From sequence record NC_028957.1: a DNA stretch of 64,000 nt; one strand, 5' to 3'. The position numbers and the translations under genes were made by a program. This stretch comes from Escherichia phage vB_EcoM_VR26. Below the pieces are notes generated by a model. That model was not told the DNA's origin and searched no databases. It saw nothing but the letters and a program-made list of their open reading frames with translations. Shown here in pieces: positions 9,026-18,804 of this stretch; position 1 is the stretch's first letter, and the number at the start of each line of letters is the position of its first letter.

Positions 9026-9050
9026 ATTATACAGCCATAAAATTAAAGCA
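9026..9050 (-). promoter_or_regulatory. MotA-dependent middle-promoter-like element (MotA box TGCTTTA + 12 nt + TATAAT) upstream of uvsY
   Basis: Minus strand reads ttaaTGCTTTAattttatggctgTATAATgg; matches T4 middle promoter consensus (MotA box at about -30, -10 TATAAT). Confidence 0.45.
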
Positions 9051-9440
9051 TTAACCGTTTTGACTTAACTGAATCCTGATTTGTTCGAGGGTGTCAGGGT
9101 CATCAACAATGCTGAACTGAACCGTTACGATGATGGAGTTATCATCATACATAGGGACAACCGCAACCTGCAGATTGCTTATCCTTGGTTCAAAGTTCCG
9201 CACAGCGGAGACGATGTTGCGTTTAATGGTATCTGTGATTAATGGTGTGATATTCTCAAAAAGCTGATTACTTATATCACATCCAAATTCAGGCATAAAA
9301 GGCCTTGACCCTTTTCTTGTGGTGATTATTCCCAGAAGACTGTTCTTAACAGACCTTGCACCAGTTACTTTAGCAACGTCTTTATCCCAACTTGTAGATA
9401 AGTCGGGAGACACATCGCTATACATTTTGTTTATATTCAT
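9051..9440 (-). CDS. 25: baseplate wedge protein gp25 (gpW/lysozyme-like fold)
   Basis: 129 aa; MNINKMYSDVSPD…SLLGIITTRKGSRPFMPEFGCD… matches T4 gp25 as recalled. Confidence 0.9.
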   Translation of the reverse strand: MNINKMYSDVSPDLSTSWDKDVAKVTGARSVKNSLLGIITTRKGSRPFMPEFGCDISNQLFENITPLITDTIKRNIVSAVRNFEPRISNLQVAVVPMYDDNSIIVTVQFSIVDDPDTLEQIRIQLSQNG

Positions 9441-10064
9441 TTACATAAACTTAAAGAATTCTTTAAGCCCCTTAATTACATGGACAGAATGCGCTCCACA
9501 CTCACAAGAGATAGGAATAGCCATTTGGACCTGTGGCTTGAGAAGTTCTTCCGTTAGTGCATTGATATCATCGAGGGTAATTGCATTGTACAGGTCCTCG
9601 ATTTCGGCCTCATTTAAGTCATCAACAACGATGCGCTCGCCGCCTTCCGTGATAATATATTCAATGCAACAAGCAATCATTTTTCCTTTATCACCGTCTT
9701 CAAACAGTCCAGGATAACGGAATTTAATTTTAAACGACCCGAAATCACGAATAACTTCAGACTCGTCCACGATGCTCGCGCGGCTTATTGTCACAGGAAT
9801 GTCTTGTTCCTTTCCGCACTCACATACCCATGTATGCTCGACGTTAACAGCTCCGAGACTATTTGCCCAGAGATTAATAAGAAGCAACTCGGCTTCCTGT
9901 TTGTTTAACCCTTTAGCATCAGTGCATTTATTAAGCAGTTCAATTATTGCAGGTTCCATACGCTTTTCTAATTTTGCCTGAAGCAAATCTTTATATTCGC
10001 GCAAGGTAAAAGCCCTACAATTTATAGTTTTATTTTTAATTTGGACAATAAATTCATAAGTCAT
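9441..10064 (-). CDS. 26: baseplate hub subunit gp26
   Basis: Start chosen at ATG preceded by AAGGAG SD (MTYEFIV…); 207 aa, close to the T4 gp26 length recalled (~208 aa); synteny 25-26-51. Confidence 0.8.
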   Translation of the reverse strand: MTYEFIVQIKNKTINCRAFTLREYKDLLQAKLEKRMEPAIIELLNKCTDAKGLNKQEAELLLINLWANSLGAVNVEHTWVCECGKEQDIPVTISRASIVDESEVIRDFGSFKIKFRYPGLFEDGDKGKMIACCIEYIITEGGERIVVDDLNEAEIEDLYNAITLDDINALTEELLKPQVQMAIPISCECGAHSVHVIKGLKEFFKFM

Positions 10065-10081
10065 AATTTGCTCCTTTACTG

Positions 10082-10093
10082 TATTTATAAATA
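10082..10093. promoter_or_regulatory. divergent late promoters (TATAAATA readable on both strands) between gene 26 and gene 51
   Basis: Sequence tatttataaata contains TATAAATA on + (10086-10093) and on - (10082-10089). Confidence 0.55.
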
Positions 10094-10117
10094 TCAATAA
10101 AGATAAAAGGGGATTCT

Positions 10118-10870
10118 ATGGCCAATATCGTAAGATGTGAAATGCCAGACGGAGTTCATCGTTTCAAACCGTTTACAGTCGCTGATTACCGTGATTTACT
10201 GCTTGTGCGAAACGACATGAACAACAAACCCGTCGAAGAACAAAAACAATTATTAGACGAACTGTTGGAAGATTATTTTGGAGAATATCCGAAAGCATGG
10301 AGACCTTACATATTCCTGAAGGTATTCACTTCCTCTATCGGTAAGACAAAAGTCCCGGTAGCGTTCGAATGTCAAAAATGTAAAAAGACAAAGCAGACTT
10401 TGTTTAACATGAGTCAAGGCCCATTGATAAATCCAACGATGGAAACTGCCGGGATAAAAATACAATTTAAGTTCCCTGAAGTGGAATATAAAGATAAGTC
10501 GGAGCTTGTTCTAAACACCATCCAGACTGTCGAAGACTCGGAACAAAAGTACAATTGGGAAGACCTCCCTGAAGAAACGAAGATGCAAGTTATCGATGCA
10601 ATTGATATAGAAAGTCTCGAAGAGCTCCTTAAGAAAATGCACTCGATTTATCTTCCATTTACATATGGTTGCTGCGAAAAACACAAAACCGAATATACAG
10701 ACTTGATTGATGTCTTTAAGCTTATCCTTAACCCGGATGAAGTCTTTGTATTTTATCAAATTAACCACTTGCTGGTAAAGAACCAATATACGCTGGATAG
10801 CATCATGCACATGATTCCTATTGAACGAGGTATTGCTTTATCACTAGTTGAGAAGGACTTGAAAAAATGA
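10118..10870 (+). CDS. 51: baseplate hub assembly protein gp51
   Basis: 250 aa, position and size match T4 gp51 (~249 aa as recalled); ATG overlaps next gene (ATGA). Confidence 0.8.
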   Translation: MANIVRCEMPDGVHRFKPFTVADYRDLLLVRNDMNNKPVEEQKQLLDELLEDYFGEYPKAWRPYIFLKVFTSSIGKTKVPVAFECQKCKKTKQTLFNMSQGPLINPTMETAGIKIQFKFPEVEYKDKSELVLNTIQTVEDSEQKYNWEDLPEETKMQVIDAIDIESLEELLKKMHSIYLPFTYGCCEKHKTEYTDLIDVFKLILNPDEVFVFYQINHLLVKNQYTLDSIMHMIPIERGIALSLVEKDLKK

Positions 10871-12036
10871 CAGTTAAATCTATGCAGCGTGAAGGCTTTC
10901 CTAATATCAGCATCCGCCTTTATGAAGATTATGATGCGTGGCTTGAACACCGTTTTGTAGAACTAGCCGCCACCTTTACAACGTTAACCATGCGTGATTC
11001 CCTTTATGGAAGAAACGAGGGGTTGTTGCAATTCTACGATACGAAAAACCTGCATACAAAAATGAATGGTGAACAGGTTATTCAGATTTCTGTTAAGAAT
11101 GCCAACTCTGACCGAACCCAATCCAGAATATATGGAAGCAAACACTTTGCAGTTTCTGTGGATTCAAAGGGTGATAACATAATTACAATTCAACTGGCAC
11201 CTATTCACGAAATTGAAGACCTGAAATTTAGTCGTATGTTTTACCCGAGTGTACAAGAAACATTAGTCGAAATGACCGGGGTAATTTATCAAGACAGGCC
11301 CTTACTTGCTCCTCCTATAAACGGAATCAACGTTTATGCTCCTAATGTTCCATGGTGTGATTCGATGAACCAATATATGGAATTCATAAGGGAAGTGGGT
11401 CTTGCAGTTGAGTCTGATAAATTTGTATTTGTGTGGGAAGATATTGATGGCATCAGTATCCAGGATTATGAGTGGTTAACTGCACAAGAGCCAATTAACT
11501 TTGTCGTAGGGGAACCTCGATTGATTGGTCAGTTTGTGCAAAACCTCGATGCTCCGTTAGCCTTCGATTTTGAATGGTTAACAAAGGCAAACCAACACAC
11601 AAGAAAACCATATGAAAACGCAACCGTGTATGCGCATTCATTCCTTGACAAGAACGCAACCAGAATAACTTTTGGGGAAGGTCAAAACAGTATTCTGGTA
11701 TCTCGTTCCGGGGGCTATTCGGATTACACGTACCGAAATGGTTTCGAGGAAGCACAACGATTAATAACCATGTCTCAGTATGACGGTTACGCACATTGCA
11801 AAACGTACGGGAACTTTGAATTAACCCCGGGTGATAAGATAAATTTCTTTGACCCTAAGAACCAATTCAAATATGATTTTTACGTAGACGAAGTTATTCA
11901 TGAAGTGAGTAACAATACATCAATTACAAACCTCTATATGTTTACCAATGGTAAGCCTATCGAAGTTGAAGAACCACCGAAGGTTAAAAATGAACTTAAA
12001 ACTGATTCTGCCGACGAAGAAAATACAGCTGGGTGA
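10867..12036 (+). CDS. 27: baseplate hub subunit gp27
   Basis: 389 aa; synteny and size as T4 gp27 (~391 aa as recalled). Confidence 0.88.
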   Translation: MTVKSMQREGFPNISIRLYEDYDAWLEHRFVELAATFTTLTMRDSLYGRNEGLLQFYDTKNLHTKMNGEQVIQISVKNANSDRTQSRIYGSKHFAVSVDSKGDNIITIQLAPIHEIEDLKFSRMFYPSVQETLVEMTGVIYQDRPLLAPPINGINVYAPNVPWCDSMNQYMEFIREVGLAVESDKFVFVWEDIDGISIQDYEWLTAQEPINFVVGEPRLIGQFVQNLDAPLAFDFEWLTKANQHTRKPYENATVYAHSFLDKNATRITFGEGQNSILVSRSGGYSDYTYRNGFEEAQRLITMSQYDGYAHCKTYGNFELTPGDKINFFDPKNQFKYDFYVDEVIHEVSNNTSITNLYMFTNGKPIEVEEPPKVKNELKTDSADEENTAG

Positions 12037-12508
12037 TAAAGAGATTCATGTACCCAAGCTTGGGCTTAAGCATCACAATCTGATTAAAAACGAGGCCAAC
12101 CCTTACGCTGCATTAAGAAAGGTTATGCAATCGATATTCCCTAATCTTACAGCAGCCGAATCCGACTTTGTATCCTTACATCTTCTGGAATTCAATGGTA
12201 AGCTAAAAGACAAACGCGAGATTAACGGATTTACATATAAGCTGGATGATGTTTATATCTGTCAACGTCTTGAATTCTCTTATCAAGGAAAGACATTTAA
12301 ATTCCGCTCGAATAAACCGTATGAAGAATTTGGGCCAGTTGACAATCTTCTGGAGACTCTTTATCTCGGGGAAGATGTTCCAGACTTTCTGGATATGCCT
12401 GCTTTTGTTGCTAAGTGGGCAGACGATATCACAAGCACATTAGCAATCCCGGGCCCGAATGGTCCTGTTAAGGGGTTACTGAAAATAATGGAACTCCTAA
12501 ATGAATAA
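11990..12508 (+). CDS. 28: baseplate hub distal subunit gp28
   Basis: Start set at [11 protein letters not shown]… (SD-like aagg 9 nt upstream); overlaps gp27 3' end; ~172 aa versus ~177 aa recalled for T4. Confidence 0.75.
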   Translation: MNLKLILPTKKIQLGDKEIHVPKLGLKHHNLIKNEANPYAALRKVMQSIFPNLTAAESDFVSLHLLEFNGKLKDKREINGFTYKLDDVYICQRLEFSYQGKTFKFRSNKPYEEFGPVDNLLETLYLGEDVPDFLDMPAFVAKWADDITSTLAIPGPNGPVKGLLKIMELLNE

Positions 12509-14246
12509 GAACTCCGAACAAACGAGCTTCAGACGCGGTGGACCGAATAAAAAGCTTATCGAAGAATTAGCACCACAAAGGAGGGCGGAAGCCCTCTCTG
12601 CTGAACAGAATGATGAACTATCGAATCTGAATACGACTCTTACAAATACTCAGGCTGCGACCGAACTTGTATCGGAAGCTATTGAGGATAAGGGTAATCA
12701 GATTATCGAGAATATCCAAACCAATAATGGAGTCCTCCAGGATATCAGTGCTGGGGTCGAACTGACGGCTGAAGCCACCGAGAAGACTCAACAAGGGATT
12801 AAAAACCTCACGGATATTCTCTCGGATAAGCTCGACAAACTCAGTGCAATGATAAGCGGTAAAATAGGCGTCACGTCTCCTGTGGCTGGTTCTGAAAGCC
12901 TTAAACCCGTTGAGGATGCATTACCAGAGCCTGAAGAGAATAAGCCTACAGCGAGCGTTCCAGCGCTTATACCACCCGAAGAACAAAAGCCAGATGCAGA
13001 CTTCATACCGGAACCGGAGCAGCCAAAGAATGATGCAGAAGGTAAAGAGACTAACACTTGGTCTCTCGGCGATAAGCTTGACACTCTTTCGAAGATAACC
13101 GAAAAAGGATTTAAGGCATCGGTTTCTGTAGCCGACCGAATCTCAGGGATGTTGTTCAAATACACAATAACTGCGGCAGCTGAAGCAGCTAAATTAATAG
13201 GCGGATTATTGTTGTTGGTATTCGGCATCGATGCAATACGAGTTTACTTCCAGTATTTCATGAAGCAATTCGAAAAAGGATGGGTCGAATTTAATGATAA
13301 GTTCAAAGAATGGGGGCCATTACTCGAAGGATTAATGACTTGGGCGAAGAATGCTGAAGCTATGTTTAGTGAAAGAAATTGGCTTGGCCTGGCAGAAGCT
13401 ATTATCCGTGGAATGGTTAACTTAACGAAGAATATGGCTCAACTTCTTATGCTTGGTATTTCAAAATTAATCTCGGCTATCTTAAGTAAAATCCCCGGGA
13501 TGGGTGACCTAGCAGATAATGTGGAAGCCTCTGCGTTGATGTCTTATCAGCAAAACACGGGCGCAACCCTTGATGATGAAGACCAAACAAAGATAGCTAA
13601 GTATCATGATAAACGTTCGGCCGAAGCAATGAAAACTGCGGAGAAGATGAATAAGAAGTATAAGGATAAACCTGAACTGATTAATCAAGCCGAAAAATAT
13701 GGCAACCTTACCAAGGAACAAGCTGACCAGCTTCGTGCAGGTGGTATTGACACAAGCTTCAGAGACCTTCCAGAAGAAGAACGTCTGGACTATTTCAAGA
13801 AGCGTGATAAAACCCAAGCCGATATTATTCGTTTAACCCAGACTGCAGATAACTTAATGAAGCCAGATGCAACCGATAAAAAGAATGCTGAAGCCTCGTA
13901 TAAAGCAATCCAGGAACAGTTGGCTGACCCGGTTATGTCAAAAGGTGGAGCTCCGAAAGACCTTAATATGCGTGCTCTCCTGGAAAAACTCGATAAGTCT
14001 CTTGAGAAGTTCAAAGACGAACCGAAAGTTAAACCACCTGATGTTAAGACTTCTCCGGACGCACAACAAGCCGCGAAGGTCGACGAAGGCATGAAGGCCA
14101 AAGAAAATAAATACAAGGATGCACCGGCTCAGGCACAAATTAACACGGTCAATAATATTCAGAAGACTTCAAGGACGCAATACAATATGCCTCCTCAAAG
14201 TTCAACCCCTGCCCCTGGCATGAGACAGGCCACGAGAATTAACTAA
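12501..14246 (+). CDS. 29: baseplate hub protein gp29 / tail tube length determinant (tape-measure-like)
   Basis: 581 aa, coiled-coil/Lys-Glu-rich; synteny 28-29-48-54. Confidence 0.85.
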   Translation: MNKNSEQTSFRRGGPNKKLIEELAPQRRAEALSAEQNDELSNLNTTLTNTQAATELVSEAIEDKGNQIIENIQTNNGVLQDISAGVELTAEATEKTQQGIKNLTDILSDKLDKLSAMISGKIGVTSPVAGSESLKPVEDALPEPEENKPTASVPALIPPEEQKPDADFIPEPEQPKNDAEGKETNTWSLGDKLDTLSKITEKGFKASVSVADRISGMLFKYTITAAAEAAKLIGGLLLLVFGIDAIRVYFQYFMKQFEKGWVEFNDKFKEWGPLLEGLMTWAKNAEAMFSERNWLGLAEAIIRGMVNLTKNMAQLLMLGISKLISAILSKIPGMGDLADNVEASALMSYQQNTGATLDDEDQTKIAKYHDKRSAEAMKTAEKMNKKYKDKPELINQAEKYGNLTKEQADQLRAGGIDTSFRDLPEEERLDYFKKRDKTQADIIRLTQTADNLMKPDATDKKNAEASYKAIQEQLADPVMSKGGAPKDLNMRALLEKLDKSLEKFKDEPKVKPPDVKTSPDAQQAAKVDEGMKAKENKYKDAPAQAQINTVNNIQKTSRTQYNMPPQSSTPAPGMRQATRIN

Positions 14247-14254
14247 GGAATAAC

Positions 14255-15355
14255 ATGAAAGTAAAAGAACTCGATTTCGATTTAGATATTGCGGGTTTAT
14301 TTAACGGAGGTTCTAAGACCTCCGCTGGGCAGTCAAAAGCTGCCCAGACTCAAGCTACTATTGTGGCGCAATATCCAGCAGAACGAGCTTCCGGTAATGA
14401 TTCTTCAGATGATATGCGAGTTAATGACCTTTATAAAAATGGTCTGTTATTCACGGCATACAATTTCAGTTCAAGAACATCTCCGGAATTACGCTCAGAC
14501 CGGTCAAGCCAATTGACTTCATTAAAGAAAGTTTCCAATGGTGCTTCATTTAACCCAGTTAAAAGTTTAACATCTTTTGCTAAATCAAAATTAACCGGCT
14601 CCGGTTCAACAGGTAAAAGTTTTGATTCGAACGCTGTTGCAAATATCCTGTTGCCTCGTTCAAAGTCTGATGTAGAATCCGTATCGCATCGATTCAACGA
14701 TGTTGGCGAATCTCTTATTACGAAAGGCGGCGGCTCAGCTACGGGTATTCTTAGTAACATCGCATCGACCGCAGTTTTTGGCGCGCTCGAATCAGTTACA
14801 AACGGTGTAATGGCCGACCATGGCGAACAGATTTACACAACGGCAAGAAGCATGTATGCTGGTCCGGATAACAGGACAAAAGTTTACACATGGGAAATGA
14901 CTCCACGTAGCGCGCAAGACTTAATCCAGATAGTGAAGATATACGAGATTTTCAACTATTATTCTTATGGTGAAACCGGTAAAAGCTCCTTTGCTTCCGA
15001 GCTGAAAGATAAAATCGATACGTGGTATAAATCCACCTTCAAAAAGGAAGCAATCGATAACTTTGACGGTAAGTTGCTCGGTGAAGAGATAACAAGCTTC
15101 TTAACGAACGTTCTGGTGGTCTCTAACCCTACTATCTGGTATATCCGTAACTTCGGTGATACAAGCTCATACGATGGCCGTGGGGAGCTATTTGGGCCAT
15201 GTCAGATTCAGAGCATAAGATTCGATAAATCTCCGGATGGTCATTTCGGTGGATTAGCTATTGCTCCTAACCTGCCATCGACTTTTGTACTTGAAATCAC
15301 TTTCCGTGAAATCATTACGCTTAACCGTGGCTCATTATATGCGGAAGGTTTCTAA
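14255..15355 (+). CDS. 48: baseplate-tail tube junction protein gp48
   Basis: 366 aa; size and position as T4 gp48. Confidence 0.85.
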   Translation: MKVKELDFDLDIAGLFNGGSKTSAGQSKAAQTQATIVAQYPAERASGNDSSDDMRVNDLYKNGLLFTAYNFSSRTSPELRSDRSSQLTSLKKVSNGASFNPVKSLTSFAKSKLTGSGSTGKSFDSNAVANILLPRSKSDVESVSHRFNDVGESLITKGGGSATGILSNIASTAVFGALESVTNGVMADHGEQIYTTARSMYAGPDNRTKVYTWEMTPRSAQDLIQIVKIYEIFNYYSYGETGKSSFASELKDKIDTWYKSTFKKEAIDNFDGKLLGEEITSFLTNVLVVSNPTIWYIRNFGDTSSYDGRGELFGPCQIQSIRFDKSPDGHFGGLAIAPNLPSTFVLEITFREIITLNRGSLYAEGF

Positions 15356-16314
15356 TGTTTACTTTACAAGAATTTCAAACACAAGCGATTAATATCGACT
15401 TGCAGAGGAATAACCTTTTTAGCGTGGTCTTCGCGACCGCGCCTTCCTCTAAATCTCAGAATCTTCTGGACCAGTTCGGTGGTGCATTATTCAGCAACCT
15501 TCCTGTTAACTCGGATTGGTTTGGTTTAACGCAAGGCGACTTAACCCAGGGAATAACAACTCTTGTTACTGCAGGAACTCAAAAGCTTATTCGTAAATCA
15601 GGAATAAGCAAATATCTTATCGGGGCAATGAGTAACCGTGTTGTGCAATCATTATTAGGGGAATTTGAGGTTGGTACTTACCTGCTTGATTTCTTTAATA
15701 TGGCTTATCCAACGGCCGGGCTATTAGTTCACTCCGTTAAGCTTCCGGACAACACATTGAACTACGAAATGGACCTTAACCATAACGCGCCAAATATCAA
15801 GATAACAGGGAGAGAATATTCTCCGTTGGTATTAAGCTTTAGAATGGATTCAGAGGCAGGGAACTTCAGAGCATTTAACGATTGGGTCAACTCTGTACAG
15901 GACCCAGTTACCCAGCTAAGGGCTTTGCCTGAAGATGTTGAAGCAGATATTCAGGTCAACCTTCACTCACGTAATGGATTGCCACACACGGTTGTTATGT
16001 TAACTGGTTGTGTTCCTGTAAGTGTATCTGCACCTGAATTGAGTTATGAAGGGGATAATCAGATAGCTACATTTGATGTGACTTTTGCTTATCGCGTTAT
16101 GTCAACTGGGGCGGTGGGAAGAAATGCTGCATTAGAATGGTTAGAAGATAAGGTTATTAAGGGTGTATCTGGTATTAGTTCAGATAACAACTTGAACGCA
16201 GAAGTTGCCAAATTGAGTCGCCTGTCTGGTGCCCAATCTGGATTAACAAGTCTGTACAATACGTTCACTGGTTCCGGGAGAGCAATCTCTGGTGGAAGTC
16301 AACGTATATTATAA
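15355..16314 (+). CDS. 54: baseplate-tail tube initiator gp54
   Basis: 319 aa; ATG overlaps gp48 stop; size and position as T4 gp54. Confidence 0.85.
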   Translation: MFTLQEFQTQAINIDLQRNNLFSVVFATAPSSKSQNLLDQFGGALFSNLPVNSDWFGLTQGDLTQGITTLVTAGTQKLIRKSGISKYLIGAMSNRVVQSLLGEFEVGTYLLDFFNMAYPTAGLLVHSVKLPDNTLNYEMDLNHNAPNIKITGREYSPLVLSFRMDSEAGNFRAFNDWVNSVQDPVTQLRALPEDVEADIQVNLHSRNGLPHTVVMLTGCVPVSVSAPELSYEGDNQIATFDVTFAYRVMSTGAVGRNAALEWLEDKVIKGVSGISSDNNLNAEVAKLSRLSGAQSGLTSLYNTFTGSGRAISGGSQRIL

Positions 16315-16321
16315 AAAGAAA

Positions 16322-16343
16322 GGGACCCGAAGGTCCCTTTTTT
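16322..16343 (+). terminator. rho-independent terminator after gene 54 (gggacc-cgaa-ggtccc + TTTTTT)
   Basis: 6-bp GC-rich stem, 4-nt loop, 6 T residues. Confidence 0.6.
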
Positions 16344-16632
16344 ATTTGCGGAATGAAATGAAACCTGCTACAGTCATTACAGCTTCTTTCTTAACAAAGA
16401 CTGTAATCGCAATTGGCGCTTCAGATTCAAGCTGTCCAGTTACTATACCATTAAAAATATTTTCTGTTTGTTCAGAATTTACAAAGTTTTCAACAGGGCG
16501 AAGGTCAAACTTCTTATCTTCACCAAACACGCGGCGCAATTCATTACCCACCGCGCTGTCAAACTCTTCTGAAGCTGGGATAACATTCTCAACTACCAGT
16601 TCCTGACCATTAAAGCGAAAAGATGATTTCAT
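16342..16632 (-). CDS. hypothetical early protein
   Basis: Start at ATG preceded by GAGGAAAACAAA leader (MKSSFRFNGQ…); own early promoter upstream. Confidence 0.55.
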   Translation of the reverse strand: MKSSFRFNGQELVVENVIPASEEFDSAVGNELRRVFGEDKKFDLRPVENFVNSEQTENIFNGIVTGQLESEAPIAITVFVKKEAVMTVAGFISFRK

Positions 16633-16663
16633 TTTGTTTTCCTCATGTGCAATTGATATGAAC

Positions 16664-16693
16664 ATTGTATCGCACTTCCTTGTGCTTGTAAAC
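16664..16693 (-). promoter_or_regulatory. T4-type early promoter (GTTTAC–18 nt–TACAAT)
   Basis: Minus strand: GTTTACaagcacaaggaagtgcgaTACAAT, followed by conserved leader cacatgaggaaaacaaaATG. Confidence 0.45.
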
Positions 16694-16695
16694 CC

Positions 16696-18747
16696 CTATG
16701 AAAGGAATTTAGGAGGAATACTTTCCAAATTAATACAACTAGCAAGAATACCAAGACCTTGGTTGACTTTCTTCGTCACCCTGGAGGATGCAAACGATGC
16801 GAAGTCAACAGATTCTTCTGGTTCCTCGCCTTTATAAACGACAAGCTCGCCAGTTTCCATCAACACATCACCATCATAGATAACTGCATTTTCATCCAGT
16901 TGGTCAGTGGTCTGAATGTCAGCTTCCAGCATTTTGACGTTCGCATTTCCTTGATACGACGCATCTGTAATCTTTGTAATCTTAACTATAGTTCCACGAG
17001 GAAGAATAACTTCCTGCTCGGATGGGTTGCCTGACAATTCACCAGGAACAATTACGTTAATTAAGTCCGCTCCAGAAATTTTCCAACCGACATGCATCAT
17101 TACGTGGTCGCGGCGGGCATCCGGCATATCTGGTAAAACAATTTCGTCATCAGCCTGGAAAGATGTCCCATCACGATAGTCCTGATGAACTGCGGCCATA
17201 GCAACGTTCGCCACCCAGCCACCAAAGATAATCGGTTTAAACGACGTTGATACATAGTTCCTGAAATAAAATAATTTAGATTTCTTAATTTTATCAAATG
17301 TAGGAACGTTTAAATATTGACCACGCCAAAGAGTTGTATTAGGCGGCAACTTATGTCCAATTTCAAAGGCCGAATCCAATTCCTTAATTGTTTCGACAAC
17401 TCTGTCTAGATTTAGGAATTCAGCTTCTTCTTCATAATATTTGCCCATCAAATAATTATTAATATCGGCATAGTTTGCTCCACAATAATCTGCAATTGCT
17501 TCTCGCTGGCCATAATGGAAACGGTTGTCAGTATACCCTGCTGTGAAATTAAGAGTATTTTCTGATGCTTCTTCGGCAAAGTCTTTAACTGCAACACGAA
17601 TGGCGCTTGTGTATTCTTTTTCCCAGAGCGTGGCTGCATAAGTGGCTGCATCCAGGTTAGGAGGAGCATCATTCATTTTTCTTTCGATAAATGCGGCTTT
17701 GCGAAGGTTAAGAATCTCTGCACATGATTCGGCAAAAATCTGCATCTGCTTCATACTACCAACTGGAGCACGTTTAAGTTCACGGTGCATACGGTTAAAA
17801 ATTGGGTCAGTATCTTCAACACGAATTTCTTCTTTCCAAACACCATTTGCTCGCATAGCCGTATCTGCTGCGCGCATACGTGCCATAGTATTCGTTTCAG
17901 AAGGCCGAACAAAAATTTCCAGTTCTTCGGCATCATCAATTAATTCAGCAGTTGCAGGTCGACTAAACTTAGCAGCTTCTGCATCAATTTCGTCCCAACC
18001 TTCTGGCACGGAATCACTTGGTGCGTACTGGGCTTGTGCAATAGCTCGGCGACTGATTTTAGTTTTCTGGGCAACAGCAGCGTCGGTCTTTTTGTTTGCT
18101 GCGTCAATCAGAACTTCGGCTGCGATTTCTTGTTTGGAGACTTGAGCACCTGTATCTTTATTGGTGAATACATCGCCAACTTTAGTTTCAACTTTTTGAT
18201 ATTTCTCAGGGACTGGTGGCATACCATCAACCGAAAGCAGGTCAACACCCTTTTTGTACATAATTACATAAGCGTTCTTTTTACCGAGGCCAGAAGCATT
18301 CGGAAGAACATGATAACGCCCGCTGGTTTTCATTTGAATCAGTCGATTCATAATACGAATAACAGCTTGGTCTTGTCCTTTCATCTTTTTGGATGGGAAA
18401 CGGAACAAGACTACATCAGGTTTACCTAGTTTAATGCTTTCCCAGACTGTAACAAAAATCAGGTTAATCGCGTCAAGAGGTTTTTCACCTAGACCACCCT
18501 TCAGAGGAACAGCATGGCCATGTGAAGTCCCGGATAACAGAAATACCTCGGCAATCGCATCACCGCGTTTATATTGTTTAACCGTTTCTTTGCCCGTGAA
18601 TTGCATCAAACGAGCCATAAGAGAATTTGTCCCAGGAACACCGAATTGCCAAACCTGTGGGACCTTGTATTTTGGGTTCATATTAATGACAGGATAACCG
18701 AAGGCTTCGATATATTTGTCAAAGAGTTCATTTAATTGTTCAGACAT
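16696..18747 (-). CDS. alt: Alt ADP-ribosyltransferase (packaged in virion)
   Basis: 683 aa; segment KVGDVFTNKDTGAQVSKQEIAA…KISRRAIAQAQ matches T4 Alt as recalled; ~682 aa recalled for T4. Confidence 0.88.
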   Translation of the reverse strand: MSEQLNELFDKYIEAFGYPVINMNPKYKVPQVWQFGVPGTNSLMARLMQFTGKETVKQYKRGDAIAEVFLLSGTSHGHAVPLKGGLGEKPLDAINLIFVTVWESIKLGKPDVVLFRFPSKKMKGQDQAVIRIMNRLIQMKTSGRYHVLPNASGLGKKNAYVIMYKKGVDLLSVDGMPPVPEKYQKVETKVGDVFTNKDTGAQVSKQEIAAEVLIDAANKKTDAAVAQKTKISRRAIAQAQYAPSDSVPEGWDEIDAEAAKFSRPATAELIDDAEELEIFVRPSETNTMARMRAADTAMRANGVWKEEIRVEDTDPIFNRMHRELKRAPVGSMKQMQIFAESCAEILNLRKAAFIERKMNDAPPNLDAATYAATLWEKEYTSAIRVAVKDFAEEASENTLNFTAGYTDNRFHYGQREAIADYCGANYADINNYLMGKYYEEEAEFLNLDRVVETIKELDSAFEIGHKLPPNTTLWRGQYLNVPTFDKIKKSKLFYFRNYVSTSFKPIIFGGWVANVAMAAVHQDYRDGTSFQADDEIVLPDMPDARRDHVMMHVGWKISGADLINVIVPGELSGNPSEQEVILPRGTIVKITKITDASYQGNANVKMLEADIQTTDQLDENAVIYDGDVLMETGELVVYKGEEPEESVDFASFASSRVTKKVNQGLGILASCINLESIPPKFLS

Positions 18748-18804
18748 AATAGGTTCCTTATAAAATATGATGTATTTATACTAAAAAAGGCCGAAGCCCT
18801 TTTG

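Noticed and set aside
12788-13228. 146-aa minus-strand ORF inside gene 29
   Set aside because: Embedded antisense within the gp29 coding region; low-complexity translation.
17642-18145. 167-aa + strand ORF inside alt
   Set aside because: Antisense to the conserved alt CDS; Ala/Ser/Arg-rich low-complexity product.
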